Source: an uncultured archaeon (GTDB taxonomy: Archaea; Iainarchaeota; Iainarchaeia; Iainarchaeales; DTGL01). From it: a DNA stretch of 64,000 nt. The stretch lies in contig CAZKED010000001.1 of NCBI GenBank assembly GCA_964551725.1, forward strand, positions 55,770 to 119,769. Reading direction: 5' to 3'. The number at the start of each line of letters is the position of its first letter. Position 1 is the stretch's first letter. Below, one piece after another: positions 50,201-59,484 of this stretch. Below the pieces are notes generated by a model. The model was given only the letters and a program-made list of their open reading frames with translations, had not been told where the DNA came from and did not search any database. Both the position numbers and the translations under genes were made by a program.

Positions 50201-51985
50201 ATTGAATTGCTGAAAAGGATTCACGGGATTGAGGAACTGCTGGCAGGGCAGACTTTCACCTGCCCTTCCGAGAGCGGGGTGCTTGAGGACGTGTCACAGG
50301 CATTGAGCGAGAGCGAGGAGGACGTTGCAATCACGCGAGTGAAAGTGGAAAAGGAAGGCGGCAGCGCTACTGTTGAGGTAACAATTGAAAGCAACAACAA
50401 CAAGGAAATGGAAGTGCGCGGGACAATAAAACTCATTGATGACTCCACCGGAAATGAAATAAATTGTCCTGGCGGAGTTCTCAGCGTGGATGTTGTGAGC
50501 AGGAACTATCTGGAATGCTCTTTCACTGATTTGGCGGAAGGAACTTACACGGTGGAGGCTGAAATAAGCCCGCAGTTGAATACATGCAGCGAGGAGTGCA
50601 AGAACCTGGATACTGGCAACGATTCACTGAACGCAAAGCTCACGGTGGGAGAGGAATCAAACGTGTTTAGGGTCTGCGAGCCCTATTCCACCACGAGACT
50701 GGGCGCGTATTTGACCGCCAACCCCGGAAACGCTGCTCTTGAAGAAGCGGCAGAACTGGCAAACTTCAAGGCACTGCTTATAAGGGACGGCTACACGAAG
50801 GATTTCCGCGCTGACTTCGACGAATACTGCGAAACAAAGGACTTCTTTAATGCGCCTTCCTATTATCTCGGCGACAGCGGGCTTGCGAGGTATTTCATTG
50901 ATGACGAGCTCTTTTCCTTCAAGTCCTACTTCCTCGAAAGCATTGGATATGTTCCGGAGGGAAAATACCAGGTGGACGTGGACATTGTTTACGGTGACAA
51001 TTCCTGGAGTCTTTTCAAGGAAGGAGAGCCGAATGCGGTAATTGAAATAGAACTGAGCAAACTTGATACGCCCAGACCTAACTCGCCTTTCTACTACATG
51101 CCTTTCGATGGCTTGGTTGGCGTGGATTCGGAGAACGGAAGGCAGGGTTATGGTGTGAATTTTAAGGAGGAATCGCCGGCAACGCTCATGATTAACGAGG
51201 ACCCGGAGCAGTTGATTTATTCGAGCACTATTGCTCATTCCTCGCCGGTGCCCGGCGCATGGGTGTACACCAACAGGATTGAAGATTTCCGCACGCTGAA
51301 CAATACCCGGAGGGGCGTCATACTTGACATTGTGAGGAATCCGGACCTCGAGGAAACCACCATAAACCTGAGCCCGAGCAATGCTACGCCGGTGATATTA
51401 AAGGTTTCTGGCGGGCAGTCGGACAAGGCGTTCGCGTTTTACAATGTTACCGTTGACGGCGAACCCCAGCAAGTAGGAAGCTATCTGACGAGCTGGACAG
51501 GAATAGGAAAGTACTGCTATGATTTCGAGGACAACGAAATGACCGAAACATACCAGGAAACTCACGATGTCCACGGAGGCGTAGGCGTAACGGAATGCGC
51601 GGGCACTTTCTCGACTGCAAGCTATGGTCTGGAATGGTGCGATATTAAGAGGAAAGGCAACGTTTTCCTCAAGACAATGTTCTTTACGCCCACTGAAAGC
51701 GAATCAATACTCAACGCGGTTGAAGGGCTTGACTCGATGAGCTTTGTTTCTCCTACTTCAAGCGGAACTGAGCAGGTGTTCCTTAACGGGACGCATTCTC
51801 ACGCCATTGAATCAGTGGAGAGAATACTGAACCTGGTGCGGGCGGAAGAGGTCTGCGTTACCGGCTACGGCAACGAAGTGAGAACCACGTTCTTCTGGAA
51901 CCCGGAGAAAGTTTTGGAGAACTCGCTCGGCGAAGAAATGGAGAATGCAGTCGGGGAATGCATAGCTCCCTTCAAACAGCCTTGA
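44273..51985 (+). CDS. Giant membrane-anchored surface protein 3 (2570 aa) with Cys-rich repeats
   Basis: MGVVDSAKDLYFHLEDRYY + TM, the same scaffold, YCDATQF, YYMPFDG..NGRQGYG and EVCVT...FFWNP. Confidence 0.85.
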   Translation: MGVVDSAKDLYFHLEDRYYRLIDRINSRVLYKIVDKVDSVVPSFALVLLVIFVLIALGIMFVLTQGISLPVATSELVVKVQDEKGNPLKGVGVEFTAADGTEHYKTTDAEGKTPALGFATGSEVEITLSKDGYAPKPYSAKFKVSEPFVEKLVELEEEKAFDYIKFKIMDELFQPVDKVWVEFDCSESSAEDPAGMFSSQGIVEVAVPKNCGELRVDASAPGYEELTAEEVVDNATIFLQEKEDERGTIVVSLTSHGELAADEQITVSLYKDTGAADGINVESKETTTGQAEFSAAPGTYYVKSLSTAKYTVKESLPFELEARARKDVTLELEERVIGKIKVKVLDEKTGKAVENAGVTFKKGTQQVFYQETNEQGIVEFNLHEDIGYTLIVNHEDYCIVRRENVRKSNDTLEIEIEKYTGQCGGVLLARVLDDETGKGMEHATVGLYDEQGYSAGFKPLLTDINGEAEFAGVETGDYQVFAYKGSASGWSDIKKFVRREAQKTVYTVSLTIPLGAIRVRVLDDELEPLPFADVALKRAFDNKLLQGPMPVEDANGWIEFLEKSGEDVFAVVSMEGYTDFTSSSVRVLPNSTREIVAELEPEIISGEIEAEFLGLYKNGRKATILGAGQEYDARFQLRIPKNQDYEFIGMHIRTGKENTMEKDMVFIKEHSAPAAPIISKGTSFNPEEGFDYDSQFKTADGAKWMNFKWGKFSSGKFNVEVTVKVKDLAKQGEQVPVYWRAWAKKEDDGVVRDPEDQTLGSTMSQNELYANTDSKLFQVGIETLCADKWCFAGSILDVEDEIIQSVSDSYGAIVGKQYRLSFKILNDSPFETDIFDNAKMRVVTRNSAILLQDYQIIGPQGSKTEGSANASSLDWIEIGDLTPSKDVSGTIYFTPKSAVSSSLLLQVHSRYRIVFEKEITVDSAAANEMDVKFKKEGEYVSDYGLLPSGVEQTLTVKVFDKASELELEGATVKIIDRFGSVLGEEKTTFFGIADVVMPVLKPGEKLTMSVQKANYMPLEKALSVDDRVLEVEPAALNVTLNAQTAPEKSINVTLKNKTSLELEIEWLEVTGDFQDLVDKEKTGQWLYSQYSGEKISGKESRNIVLKMFLTDLGKSVKETRTLKGKFNARVFSSGQTWEVSKDLTVVIGLGGEVDDTACFSLSTHSWKAATEISPRNKDVMIVNNCSVDGKPVELQNLSAKIVWESNHLGEFKFGIDGENSIEIRPGFFKIFRKSMGKEETLPGILSFIPDGGNLGTAKATVIVQAKNPTQSGEQLLEDSIEVEITVVSLDSCLRVSRDLLKLAPNDEGTFEISTGDCGGNVDIRLISELTVGNKEITMGSNDSHTVTVLSEERIPGQYPIYIKFRAAGKNEYEVGKLVRVLIEPTEGCIRLNRYEYDIYDSPDNPYDGFDVGKIINSCPSQRVAGVVRFNEKNLCKAVRNGFVGGLIGMIYGGLQASNMGRGFFGIGPTCSEQGGVICGTGTKCSVGTKIVYGKECCIDGECVKVETAATQPAEEPEAEPEEPAEEAEEPGEAPAGEPAEGPAFGTCAEMGGEECEPNQDCMDGETKLPFTVASDIINCCIGGTCTDREEEQGEEPTLQSCAELGGEPCNGGTCAPPLTGITDASYPQMVDSLDGECCVGGRCITAGEELTCEEQGGSLCPGGICQVYQCDGEGCNPVNVEPTIVAGEECCLEGACVYEAQGKEESGSAAGMVALGAIDVSSVLGPLAEGLGGLLDIDNFLEGLFVGWVANSAYNYLMVQQEGKVAFDVVADDLAITALRVLYPSGREDNDAPGISAELGAEKTERSTELELGRRETEIIFENSDGITQENPVSPIYRILKVEGEKREYETDYGGDAGEEGFFTSLWNAIRFWTECPETEFSEEDAEQFIVDGGDLEVKESEEYFQKFHLQFNSYEPEEPTPTPVPGESCKIGTRVGKTGEEAMPSILLKWNWSDIQENTCDEGGGETYCDATQFSIELLKRIHGIEELLAGQTFTCPSESGVLEDVSQALSESEEDVAITRVKVEKEGGSATVEVTIESNNNKEMEVRGTIKLIDDSTGNEINCPGGVLSVDVVSRNYLECSFTDLAEGTYTVEAEISPQLNTCSEECKNLDTGNDSLNAKLTVGEESNVFRVCEPYSTTRLGAYLTANPGNAALEEAAELANFKALLIRDGYTKDFRADFDEYCETKDFFNAPSYYLGDSGLARYFIDDELFSFKSYFLESIGYVPEGKYQVDVDIVYGDNSWSLFKEGEPNAVIEIELSKLDTPRPNSPFYYMPFDGLVGVDSENGRQGYGVNFKEESPATLMINEDPEQLIYSSTIAHSSPVPGAWVYTNRIEDFRTLNNTRRGVILDIVRNPDLEETTINLSPSNATPVILKVSGGQSDKAFAFYNVTVDGEPQQVGSYLTSWTGIGKYCYDFEDNEMTETYQETHDVHGGVGVTECAGTFSTASYGLEWCDIKRKGNVFLKTMFFTPTESESILNAVEGLDSMSFVSPTSSGTEQVFLNGTHSHAIESVERILNLVRAEEVCVTGYGNEVRTTFFWNPEKVLENSLGEEMENAVGECIAPFKQP
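48674..49365 (+). repeat. Four Cys-rich protein repeats [TS]CxExGGxxC...CCxxGxC
   Basis: TCSEQGG..CCIDGEC, TCAEMGG..CCIGGTC, SCAELGG..CCVGGRC and TCEEQGG..CCLEGAC, separated by acidic linkers. Confidence 0.8.
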
Positions 51986-52011
51986 AAAAGGGAATAAATT
52001 AGGGGAATGGC

Positions 52012-55000
52012 GTGTCTCTTGGCGAGAACCTCAGGGAATTGTATTATTCTGCAATGGACTCATTGCTCGGGTTTTTCGAAAGGTTCGGCTGGAAGAAGAC
52101 CGCTTTTGCAATCGGCATTCTGATTGTCGCCTGCGCGGTTGTCATCTTTTTTCTTGCACAGCAGCCCGAGGTGCAAACGGTAAGCGTGGAACTTGAATTT
52201 GTGGATGAAGAGGGCAATTCCCTTGCCGGACTGGAGTTTGAGTACAGCGTTAACGAGGGGCATTCGCTGGAGGGGGAAACGGATTCCCGCGGAAGCTTTT
52301 CAATTGAAGTGATTGCGGGAAGCGAAGTGCTCGTTGCGGTTGAAAGGGATGGCTTTGAAGGGCTCGAGACAACAATTTTTACGGGCAAATCTGACATGAC
52401 GGAAACAATTGCTCTCAGGAGGGAAGCGGCAAAAAAGGAGAGGAAAATACTCAGATTCGAGGATTCCGGAGGACTTATAACAGGCAAACTGATTATGGTA
52501 AGGATTGAGTGCGAGAACAGGGCTATTTCCCCGTGGAGAGAGGCGGACGAAGACCTGGACGGAATAATCGAGGTTGAACTGCCCCTGAACTGCGGACTGA
52601 TAAGCGTTACAGTTGAGGAATCCGGTTACAATCCCTCGCTGGAAAAATTCAGGGAGGGGGAGAAAGAAAAAATAATCCGCTTGAGGGAGAAAGAGCCCGA
52701 AAAGGGCTCCTTGGTTGTGAGGATTGAGAACGAGCTGGGGGAAACTGAAAGGGAAACGAATTTCCTTGCGAGGATTGAGGGCGTTTCCTACAGCGATGAA
52801 GCGTATTCGGAGGCAAGGGGAAAAGTGGAATTTGCGGATCTGCTGCCGGGATACTATGACATCATTGTAGCGGATCCGCAGGGGAATTATTCAACCGAGA
52901 GAGCGCTTTTTATTGAAGTGAAGCCGAGCATTGCAAGGGAAGTAACAGTTACAATGACGAGGAAAAAGGTGGGCTTTATAAAAGTGACCGTGCTCGACCA
53001 AGAGAGCGGGGCAAGGGTAAAGAATGCGACGGTTAAATTAAAGGACATGCAGGACATTCTCCTGGAGGAAAAGAATACTGGCGCGAATGGAAGCACTGTG
53101 GAGTTCTGGCTGAAGGAAGAACAGGCACTGAGAATAATTGCAAAAAAGGAGGGGGGAATAGGCGAGGGATACTTCCCGAAAAGCGTTGACCTTAACGACA
53201 TTAATAGGGATATAGAAATAAGGATTGAGAGAATAACCGAGGAAAAAAGCGGGAGAACGATTGTTACAGTGCAGGACGAGGACGGAATGGCTGTGGAAAA
53301 CGCAAAAGTAATGTTCCGATATGCCGACACAGGCGGAATAGTTGAACTGCCCGACGCGAGGAACTACAAGTTCAGCGATGAGAATGGAATGGCTCGCTTT
53401 TCCCTGGGCGTGCTTGAAAGAGCAGTATACCCTTTCGCTGTAAAGTACCCGGCAAGCGGAGGTTCTGCCGCAGATTCCGCGCTTATAAGCTCGGAAGAAG
53501 TGAATGAATTCAATGTGAGGCTTTCAATAGGGGACTGCACCCTGCTGCTCAGGGCAGTAGGCGAGGACTCCGAGCTCGTGCCGGAATCGGAATTCGAAAT
53601 ATTCAATTCCGAGGGCGAAAGCCTGAGCGGAAAGGTGCCCATGGTTGAGGGCGAGGCAAATTATACGCTGAAAGCGGACGAAAGAGTGTATGTTGTGTTT
53701 GAAAGCCCCGGCTATTTGAGATACCAGAGCGAGGAAGTTCAGCTCTGGCCGGACAGGTCATTTGAAATAATCGGGGAAATGCAGAAAAGGGTCTCGCTCG
53801 AGAGGCCCAGAATTTTCTTTAGGGGGTTTTTCAGTGAAGGGAGGGAAGTGAAAGCGCTTATCGCCGGCGGGAAATACGAGGCGGTGTTCATTGCGGCAAT
53901 GCCTCTCGCTGAGGAATACGGGAAACTGGGCTTCAATGTTAGACTAGGCGATGAAAGCGATGTTTCCAATGACCCGCTTTTTATTACCGGGGTGAATGCC
54001 GGCAACCCCGATTCGCTGCTTTTCGGCGAAACATTCAATCCGCCCAAGGGATTTGAAAGGGAACAGCTTACAGAGGGAAAGGCAAAATGGGCGAACATTG
54101 AGTGGCTTTCTCCGGTGCAGGAATCGTATAAAATTTCCGTGGAATTCAAGGTAAGGGATTCAACGCTTCCTAAAACAAGGCTTTCACTGCATTACAGGGC
54201 TTACGCCGTCAGGGACGGGAAATACTACAGGCAGCCCGAAGACCTAATGCTCGGCGTTGCGGAAGACACGAGCGCGAAGGACGGCTTTTACGCAAAGGCG
54301 AACTCTATTGTTTTCTTCGAGGGCGTTTCGCCGAGCTGCGAGGAGGATTTCTGCGTTTCAGGAGAATGGCTTTTCGGTGTTGAAGAGCAGTTGTTCATCG
54401 AAAAGCCCTATACAGTGCAGGTTTTCTCGGATTACAATTATTCGTTTGTTTTATTCAACAATTCCCCGCGCACTTACAGCAACAGCAGGATTGAGATAAG
54501 GAATGAGTTTGAAGGCGAGAGAGACGGCGTGCTGAGGCTCAAGAAAGCGAGGATAAGGAACGCCTCGGGGGAAACGCTCGAAGTCGAGCCGGAAGATAAT
54601 GAAATCGTGCTCGATGAACTGGGGGACTTCACCCAGAACAAGGAAGTGGAAGTTGAACTTTTCTTTGAGCCGGTTGAAATAAAGGACTCGCAATTCAAAA
54701 TAGTGCTCGTTGCCGACGGAGTGATTTCCCTGGAGAAAACCCCCGAATTCAGGGTCGTTTCCGCGGAAGAAATGGAACTCGTGGTTTCGCCGGAGGTTAT
54801 TCCCGCTTTTATTGAAAATATCGTGGAAGCAAAAGTGACAAGGAACGGGGAAGCGCTTGAAGGCGCGCTCTTAAGGCTGACTGCAAAAATGCCCGGAACA
54901 GAGCACCACGTGCTTTCAAAGCATTCGAATAGCTTGGGCTTTGCGGTGTTTGAAATTCCCGCGCTTCCTCCTGGTACAGTAGTGCTCGTGGAAGCCGAAA

Positions 55001-58000
55001 AAGCCGGGTATGCTCCTGCAAGAGCGGAAAAAACTGTTTCAGAGGAGGTTTTGAGGGTTATTCCGCATCAACTGGAAGCGCAGCTTCATTCAGGCAGCAA
55101 GAAAAGCGAGGAATTCGCCCTCGAGGTAGAAAACCTTACGGGCATGGAACTCGAACTTGAAGAAGCATTGTTTCTCGGGGAAACACGCGGACTGCTGGAC
55201 TTGGGCGCAATGAATGCCTTTTCCCAAATGAACGCGGGAAAGAAAATTCCGGCGCTGGATTCCGCGGAAGTGCGCGCTATAAAAGTGGTTCTTTCAAGCG
55301 AAGCCCGGGAACTCATGCAAGGCAATGAATCGCTTGAACTCGAACTCGTGCTGGTATTCGGCAACAGGGCGAGGAATGCGGAGTATTCTGTCACCCTGCC
55401 GGTGCTCGTGGAAATTTCCCTCGCGGGATTGCCTGAAAACGCGCCCTGCATTTATTTGGATGGCGCGGATGTTCCGGAGTGGCGCGCTTTTACTGCAAAA
55501 AACCAGGCAAGGACTGAGTTTGAAATAATTAATGCGTGCGAGCAGTCTTCGCGGCCCGTGAACCTGGAATCGCTTGTGGCGAGAATCGACTGGGATTCGA
55601 GCATTTCCGGGATAGTGGAACTGACGGTTAGCAGCCCGGACGGCGCAACGGCGAGCCAGGCTTTAACGCCCGGGAAGAAGGCGAAACTGTTCGATAACTT
55701 CAGGTCGTGGGAGCACGGAACATACAATGCAATCGTTACTTTCACCCCAAAAACAGGGTATCTGGGGAAGACCGCGGAATTCACTCTTTCTTTTGACGGC
55801 GAGGTGCTATCGGACGCCGGACTGGTTCTGGTGAACAACGACCGGAGCGCTTCAGTGAACGGCGAGATAAAAATAGTGAATCTGGAGGACTGCGTGCAGC
55901 TGCCGGACGAAATTATCTCCGCCGGAGAGCAGGGTGGCGATTTCGCTCTTTCCCTGGGAGAGGAATGCGGTGACATTTCAATTGACATTGAACTGTGCCG
56001 CGGCGACCAGGAGTGCAGCGGCGGAACAGAGGGCGGCATTACTGTTACGCCTAAAACTTTTACCCTCAGCGGAGCGCAGGCGGAAAAAACCGTGAGCGTT
56101 TACGGAAAGGAAATTCCCGGAATGTACGGTGTGCCTGTGCACGTTAAAATGCAGGGCGGTTCCTTCAAGCTTGCCGGCATCGTCGATGTTCTGGTTGAAC
56201 CGGGAGAGCAGGAATATCTTTCATTGAGCAGGTATGAAGCCGTTCTGACAAAAGAAGCGGAGTGGAAGGACACGCTTGAGGTCACGAATTCCTTTTTTAG
56301 CGAGGAAGTGCAGGTTACTGCAAATTACTGCACTGAATGCAAGCATGCTGATGAACTTCCGGAAGAATGCCACTGGAACATTGTGCTGAAGGAAATGGCT
56401 GAAAAAAAGCACACTGCCGAAACATGGCTGAATTCTGTCTTTAGTGCCGCTGCAACCGGCTTTGGGGCCTGCGCGGTAACCGGAAACATTATTACAATGA
56501 TTACATGCGCTGCAGTGCTCACGGGAGTGGAGGCAATCGAGTTATTTATTGACGTCGTGTGGGGACCTGAATGCGAAATTACCCAGGAAACCTTTCCGCT
56601 TAACGATTACGTGCTTTTACTGGAGGAATTGAACGCTGATATTGCGCCGGGCGGTTTTTCCGCGCAATACAGCGGCGCGGAAACGGAAAAAATCCTGACA
56701 GAGAAAAAGGAAATAGGCGGTCTGGATATAATGAATGCCTCGCATACCGAGGAGCCATTGCCCTTGTACGGAACACTTGAACTGGTTCTCCCGGAGCACG
56801 TCCACGGAGACCCACTGCACTTGAATCCAGCGCTGAAATTTGACGACGCGAATTTCGGACCGTTTGATTTGGAGGATTCCGAAACAAGGGTTTATTCCCA
56901 AAAATTCCACCTGAAGATTGTTACCGGCAGCTCCTTCGAGTTTGAGGATTTAAGCGTTCCAGTGCCTGAGGATGTTTCCCCGTGCGTGATGGGTGCCAGG
57001 GTCGGCTATTCGGGAGAGAACGCCCTGCCCAGAATAAAACTGGGCTGGGAATGGAGCGATGAAGAAATCGCGTGGAACAGCTGCGACGAGGACAACAACC
57101 AGGCATTTTACTGTGATGCTACGCAGTTCAGCATTGCGCTGAGCAAGCGCCTGCACAAACTGGAGGAATTTTTCTCCGAAAACGATTACAGTTTTTCCTG
57201 TCCCAGGAATCCGGCTATAGTGGCGGTGGAGGAATTCATTGAAGAGCACGGCGAGGAGCAGAAATCAAGGGAAGTGGAAGAGGGCAAAATCGGGGTGAAA
57301 CTTATCAGCTATGAACTGGACGGCAACATGGCTAAAGTAAGGGTTACGGTGCACAACCGCGCAGAAGAAAGCGCTTACGCCGATGTAAAAGTGGTGCTTT
57401 CCGGGCCGGAGGGATACGCAGAGGAACGCGAAAGGACAACCGCGGTAATTCCCGCGGGGGATACCGCGAACGTTGAATGTGGGTTTTCCGACCTGGGGGA
57501 AAGCGGAACTTCTTTTTACACTGCAAGCGCTTATGTCGAAAGTGCCGCAGTGGACGAAGACCAGGGGGTCGCGTTCGTTTATTTCGTTGTCACCGGCGCG
57601 GAGGAGGACTGCTGGCTCGGGTTCTCAACCAAAAAACTCGAAGGGCATCCCACGATAGAATACTTTATTAACGAAAACCTGCCTAACTGGGAGAAATACG
57701 TGACAGAGAAAAGCGTTTCCTTCCCTTCGGACTGGCCCGGGGAAAGCAGGGATGGAAAATTGCAGTTTTTGAGGAAACTGCTGGAATTCAACGCACTGCT
57801 CGTGAAGGATTCCTTCAGCGAGGATTTCATGCAGGATTTTTCAGCGCATTACTCCGATGAGCAGTTTTTCGAAGTGCCTGAATGGTTTGCCGGGGAGGAC
57901 AACGCTGTCGGGGAAATGTTCTCGGAGGAAAGGGTTTCAATAAAGGGAAAGTATTCTGGCAGCTCTGCCTTAAGTTCGCCGGGAACTTACACTGTGCTCA

Positions 58001-58989
58001 TTGGAATCGACTTCTCTGGCAAATGGAGCCTGTTCGCGGACGGCGAGCCCGATGCAAACGTGGACGTGGAACTCTACAAACTCAAAGAACCGGTGCCCAA
58101 TTCAATTTTCTACTATTTGCCTTTCGACGGGAGAGTGGGATACGCCACTTCAAACGGAAGGCAGGGATACGGGTTGAACTATGATGCTGAGGGCGAGGAA
58201 GTTATGCTCATTGGGGGAGGGAACGCCCTGCCCCTCTCGCCCATAATGAATTCAAACGCCCTCGGTTTGGCGAGCACTTCAATCGAGGCGGGAGTGGAAA
58301 AACTTAACAGCCGCGCGGGAACTCGCGGCATGCTCCTGCGCTTCACCAAGAACGAGAATGATGCTGGAATCGAGTTTGCGCCAAGCCATGCAACCCCTGT
58401 GGCAATGGTTTTTTCGCATGCTGCCAGCGGACAGCCCTTCAAGGCGGAATTCGGTCTCTTCGACGAGGACACGCCGGTAAACACAGGCGGCAATCTGAGT
58501 TTCTGGACCGGGCTCGGGCAGTGCCTGGACTTTTCCGGAGAGCCTATTGCCGACGTGTTTTACTACCTGCCGGATTCGGCGAGCGGGCAGAATTCATACG
58601 CTCTCGAATGGTCCGGGGCGGAGAAGGAAGGCACGGTTTTCATAAGTTCGATTTTCTTCACTCCTACGGGCAAGAGGCTCGTGCTTAAAGCGCAGAGCCC
58701 TGAAATGCAGTTTTTTACGCCTAACGCCGAGGAAAGCGGCACAGTGCAGTTGGGCGGAATAGACACGATGCCCTTCAATTATCAGGAGTCAACTGAAACA
58801 ATTGATTCGGTGCGGAGGGTGTTCTCGCTTGTCAGGGAGGAAAAGGTGTGCGTAACCAATTCGGGCAATGAAAGCATGTTCTGGTGGAATCCCTCAGCGC
58901 TGTTCGGGGCAAAGGGCTCTTATGCGAGCATTGAGGAGTTCTCCGAATCCCTCAAGGCAGGGGAGAACTGCATTGGCGCGGGTTCCTGA
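52012..58989 (+). CDS. Giant membrane-anchored surface protein 4 (2325 aa)
   Basis: N-terminal LRELYY + TM, the same scaffold, YCDATQF, YYLPFDG..NGRQGYG and KVCVT...FWWNP. Confidence 0.85.
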   Translation: MSLGENLRELYYSAMDSLLGFFERFGWKKTAFAIGILIVACAVVIFFLAQQPEVQTVSVELEFVDEEGNSLAGLEFEYSVNEGHSLEGETDSRGSFSIEVIAGSEVLVAVERDGFEGLETTIFTGKSDMTETIALRREAAKKERKILRFEDSGGLITGKLIMVRIECENRAISPWREADEDLDGIIEVELPLNCGLISVTVEESGYNPSLEKFREGEKEKIIRLREKEPEKGSLVVRIENELGETERETNFLARIEGVSYSDEAYSEARGKVEFADLLPGYYDIIVADPQGNYSTERALFIEVKPSIAREVTVTMTRKKVGFIKVTVLDQESGARVKNATVKLKDMQDILLEEKNTGANGSTVEFWLKEEQALRIIAKKEGGIGEGYFPKSVDLNDINRDIEIRIERITEEKSGRTIVTVQDEDGMAVENAKVMFRYADTGGIVELPDARNYKFSDENGMARFSLGVLERAVYPFAVKYPASGGSAADSALISSEEVNEFNVRLSIGDCTLLLRAVGEDSELVPESEFEIFNSEGESLSGKVPMVEGEANYTLKADERVYVVFESPGYLRYQSEEVQLWPDRSFEIIGEMQKRVSLERPRIFFRGFFSEGREVKALIAGGKYEAVFIAAMPLAEEYGKLGFNVRLGDESDVSNDPLFITGVNAGNPDSLLFGETFNPPKGFEREQLTEGKAKWANIEWLSPVQESYKISVEFKVRDSTLPKTRLSLHYRAYAVRDGKYYRQPEDLMLGVAEDTSAKDGFYAKANSIVFFEGVSPSCEEDFCVSGEWLFGVEEQLFIEKPYTVQVFSDYNYSFVLFNNSPRTYSNSRIEIRNEFEGERDGVLRLKKARIRNASGETLEVEPEDNEIVLDELGDFTQNKEVEVELFFEPVEIKDSQFKIVLVADGVISLEKTPEFRVVSAEEMELVVSPEVIPAFIENIVEAKVTRNGEALEGALLRLTAKMPGTEHHVLSKHSNSLGFAVFEIPALPPGTVVLVEAEKAGYAPARAEKTVSEEVLRVIPHQLEAQLHSGSKKSEEFALEVENLTGMELELEEALFLGETRGLLDLGAMNAFSQMNAGKKIPALDSAEVRAIKVVLSSEARELMQGNESLELELVLVFGNRARNAEYSVTLPVLVEISLAGLPENAPCIYLDGADVPEWRAFTAKNQARTEFEIINACEQSSRPVNLESLVARIDWDSSISGIVELTVSSPDGATASQALTPGKKAKLFDNFRSWEHGTYNAIVTFTPKTGYLGKTAEFTLSFDGEVLSDAGLVLVNNDRSASVNGEIKIVNLEDCVQLPDEIISAGEQGGDFALSLGEECGDISIDIELCRGDQECSGGTEGGITVTPKTFTLSGAQAEKTVSVYGKEIPGMYGVPVHVKMQGGSFKLAGIVDVLVEPGEQEYLSLSRYEAVLTKEAEWKDTLEVTNSFFSEEVQVTANYCTECKHADELPEECHWNIVLKEMAEKKHTAETWLNSVFSAAATGFGACAVTGNIITMITCAAVLTGVEAIELFIDVVWGPECEITQETFPLNDYVLLLEELNADIAPGGFSAQYSGAETEKILTEKKEIGGLDIMNASHTEEPLPLYGTLELVLPEHVHGDPLHLNPALKFDDANFGPFDLEDSETRVYSQKFHLKIVTGSSFEFEDLSVPVPEDVSPCVMGARVGYSGENALPRIKLGWEWSDEEIAWNSCDEDNNQAFYCDATQFSIALSKRLHKLEEFFSENDYSFSCPRNPAIVAVEEFIEEHGEEQKSREVEEGKIGVKLISYELDGNMAKVRVTVHNRAEESAYADVKVVLSGPEGYAEERERTTAVIPAGDTANVECGFSDLGESGTSFYTASAYVESAAVDEDQGVAFVYFVVTGAEEDCWLGFSTKKLEGHPTIEYFINENLPNWEKYVTEKSVSFPSDWPGESRDGKLQFLRKLLEFNALLVKDSFSEDFMQDFSAHYSDEQFFEVPEWFAGEDNAVGEMFSEERVSIKGKYSGSSALSSPGTYTVLIGIDFSGKWSLFADGEPDANVDVELYKLKEPVPNSIFYYLPFDGRVGYATSNGRQGYGLNYDAEGEEVMLIGGGNALPLSPIMNSNALGLASTSIEAGVEKLNSRAGTRGMLLRFTKNENDAGIEFAPSHATPVAMVFSHAASGQPFKAEFGLFDEDTPVNTGGNLSFWTGLGQCLDFSGEPIADVFYYLPDSASGQNSYALEWSGAEKEGTVFISSIFFTPTGKRLVLKAQSPEMQFFTPNAEESGTVQLGGIDTMPFNYQESTETIDSVRRVFSLVREEKVCVTNSGNESMFWWNPSALFGAKGSYASIEEFSESLKAGENCIGAGS

Positions 58990-59048
58990 AGGAAAAGAGG
59001 GAAAGGAAATTAATTTAAATAAGGGATTCCATAGTTTTAGTGGTGTGA

Positions 59049-59480
59049 ATGCTGGGACTCATATTGTTCTTCGGGACACTGGGCGAACTCTTCGCTGACT
59101 TGAACCTTGCATTAAAGCTGTTTGCCCTGCTTTCCATCGTTTCGTTTGTTTGGAGTCATTTGGGAAAGAGCCCGCTGTCCGTGGCTCTCATTGCCGGCAT
59201 AGGCTGGTTTGTTTTGTTTGATTACTGGAAGTTTTTTGGCGGCGTGTTTGTGCTCTACACTTTGCTCACCCTTGGAATAAGCGGCATTCTCATTGACTTC
59301 TTCTTCGTGAGCCAGATGGGCGGAGAGCAGGCGGAAGCGCAGCCCATTGGTTCTGGCGTTGATTTGATGATGAGGCAGCAGGCGCTTTTGAGGCAGCAGG
59401 CGAGGACCCAGGGCGGAACCGGAGCCAGGGGAATGCAGCAGAGGACAATGAAAAAGCCGCCGAGGCCTCCCATGGGGTGA
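59049..59480 (+). CDS. Small multi-TM membrane protein with Gln-rich tail
   Basis: Three or four hydrophobic helices; HLGKSPLSVALI motif. Confidence 0.75.
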   Translation: MLGLILFFGTLGELFADLNLALKLFALLSIVSFVWSHLGKSPLSVALIAGIGWFVLFDYWKFFGGVFVLYTLLTLGISGILIDFFFVSQMGGEQAEAQPIGSGVDLMMRQQALLRQQARTQGGTGARGMQQRTMKKPPRPPMG

Positions 59481-59484
59481 TTGA

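Noticed and set aside
26643-58989. Provirus or conjugative element as the explanation for the large cluster
   Set aside because: No integrase, terminase, capsid, relaxase or att-like repeats were seen, and the composition looks like the flanking housekeeping genes.
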